Both the position numbers and the translations under genes were made by a program. 16,834 bases of DNA from Candidatus Heimdallarchaeota archaeon (GTDB taxonomy: Archaea > Asgardarchaeota > Heimdallarchaeia > Hodarchaeales > Hodarchaeaceae), in the NCBI GenBank assembly GCA_020353515.1, contig CP070695.1:1012227-1029060 (forward strand). Direction: 5' to 3'. The notes under the pieces were generated by a model. It was not told the origin of the DNA, made no database searches, and worked only from the letters and a program-made list of their open reading frames with translations. Positions 15,641-16,834 of this stretch are shown here, piece after piece (position 1 is the stretch's first letter; the number at the start of each line of letters is the position of its first letter).

Positions 15641-16789
15641 TTAGCACAAAAGGTCGTAAAGTGTCCCACGTTCGCATGCAATCCTTTGTAACTCCTGGAT
15701 ACTTGATTGAAATGTTTTAGGGGTAGTAAATTGTCCGAATGACCCTCCTGCTGATCGAGTTATATTTTCCTCAAATAAAGTTCCTCCAAAATCGTTACAA
15801 CCAGTTGTTAGTGTAATTTCAGCCAATGGAAAACCTAATTTCACCCAAGACGTTTGAATATTTTTGAAAGCCTCTCCTAAATATAATCGGGAAACCGCAT
15901 AAAACTTTACATAGTCTAAACTGGTTAATTTGTAGATATGAGAGGAGAACTTCCTTTTCAGTTGAGTATTTTCTGCTATAAACGGAAGCGGAATAAATTC
16001 CGTAAAGCCTCGCGTTTTTTCTTGGATCTTTCGTAGAAGTGAGAGATGATGTATCCAATGAAGATGATTTTCGATATGACCGAATAGAATGGTTGCTGTT
16101 GTTGGAATCCTTAATTGATGACATAGTTCAATAATATGAATCCAATCAGCACTGCTTATTTTTTGGGGGCAGATTCTTTTGCGAATGTTATCATCAAGAA
16201 TCTCGGCAGCCGTTCCAGGTATAGAGTCTAATCCATTTCGTTTGAATTCCCGCAAAACATCTTCAACATCTTCTTCTAGGGAACTAGCTGCATGTGTAAT
16301 CTCTTGAGGGGAAAATGCATGAATGTGAAGGGTAGGATCGATTTCTTTGAGATTCTGAAGGATTTCAAGATAGGTTTCAAAGGTTATTTTTGGATGGATT
16401 CCTCCCTGAACACAGACCTCTGTAATCTGATAAGGCTGTGTTTCCTCGATCTTTTTCCGTAGAGTATCAAATGATACATCAAAATACCCTTTTTCAGAAT
16501 TAGGGGAAACAGAGTACGCACAAAATAGACAGTTATTGGTACAGACATTAGTAAAGTTAATGTTACGATTTACAACATATGTGATAACTGATCCTGTCTG
16601 ACGTTCCCTAATTATGTCAGCTACTTGCCCTAATAGAGGAATTTCGCGCCCCTGAGCCGTAAATAGAGTCTTTAAATCTTCACTTGTTGGCCATTGGTCG
16701 TTTAATGCCCGTTTAAGGATATGTCGAAGCTCCTTCTTGGCTACACGAAGGTCAATCTCCTCCAGCTCAGTTTGATGCACCGTTTTCAA
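15641..16789 (-). CDS. cofH: FO synthase subunit CofH (radical SAM; coenzyme F420 biosynthesis)
   Basis: YVVNRNINFTNVCTNNCLFCAY (CxxxCxxC), EVCVQGGIHP, HIHAFSPQEI, PGTAAEILDD, GFTEFIPLPF, NIQTSWVKLG and NDFGGTLFEENITRSAG. This pattern favours CofH over MqnC/MqnE. TTG start. Confidence 0.88.
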   Translation of the reverse strand: MKTVHQTELEEIDLRVAKKELRHILKRALNDQWPTSEDLKTLFTAQGREIPLLGQVADIIRERQTGSVITYVVNRNINFTNVCTNNCLFCAYSVSPNSEKGYFDVSFDTLRKKIEETQPYQITEVCVQGGIHPKITFETYLEILQNLKEIDPTLHIHAFSPQEITHAASSLEEDVEDVLREFKRNGLDSIPGTAAEILDDNIRKRICPQKISSADWIHIIELCHQLRIPTTATILFGHIENHLHWIHHLSLLRKIQEKTRGFTEFIPLPFIAENTQLKRKFSSHIYKLTSLDYVKFYAVSRLYLGEAFKNIQTSWVKLGFPLAEITLTTGCNDFGGTLFEENITRSAGGSFGQFTTPKTFQSSIQELQRIACERGTLYDLLC

Positions 16790-16834
16790 TAACCATCCTT
16801 GTTTGAGAATTTTTAAGCTTAACTACTCTATAAA

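Noticed and set aside
12982-16124. ORFs 12982..13215, 13345..13638, 14141..14347, 15182..15451 and 15819..16124
   Set aside because: Antisense or alternate-frame shadows fully inside well-supported genes.

Overview
AT-rich, gene-dense prokaryotic window that looks archaeal. It has cysteate synthase, fused ComDE, CofH, an MJ1545/COG4800-like regulator, an UPF0104 membrane protein, TATA-like promoters, GGTGA/GGAG RBS-like motifs and several TTG starts. An Asgard-type host is plausible but is only an inference. There are three blocks. (1) 1-6458: nonulosonic-acid-type glycan modification genes, namely a partial N-acetyl-sugar amidotransferase missed by the ORF track, a methyltransferase, an SpsF-like cytidylyltransferase, a Wzx-like flippase and a GT-B transferase. 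(2) 6784-10762: a compact sulfonate module, with a [4Fe-4S] APS/PAPS reductase divergent from cysteate synthase and fused sulfopyruvate decarboxylase ComDE, closed by a convergent HTH regulator. Three phased TTACC-N6-GGTAA-like boxes lie in the shared promoter. These are the Methanosarcinales-type coenzyme M precursor steps plus an attached sulfite source, but the final CoM-forming enzyme and the aminotransferase are not in the window. (3) 10811-16789: GT2, GT4, UPF0104 flippase-like protein, mannose-1-phosphate guanylyltransferase, an orphan receiver domain and CofH (F420). I recognised no rRNA, tRNA, CRISPR or transposase. All family calls come from motif recognition by eye, not from database searches.
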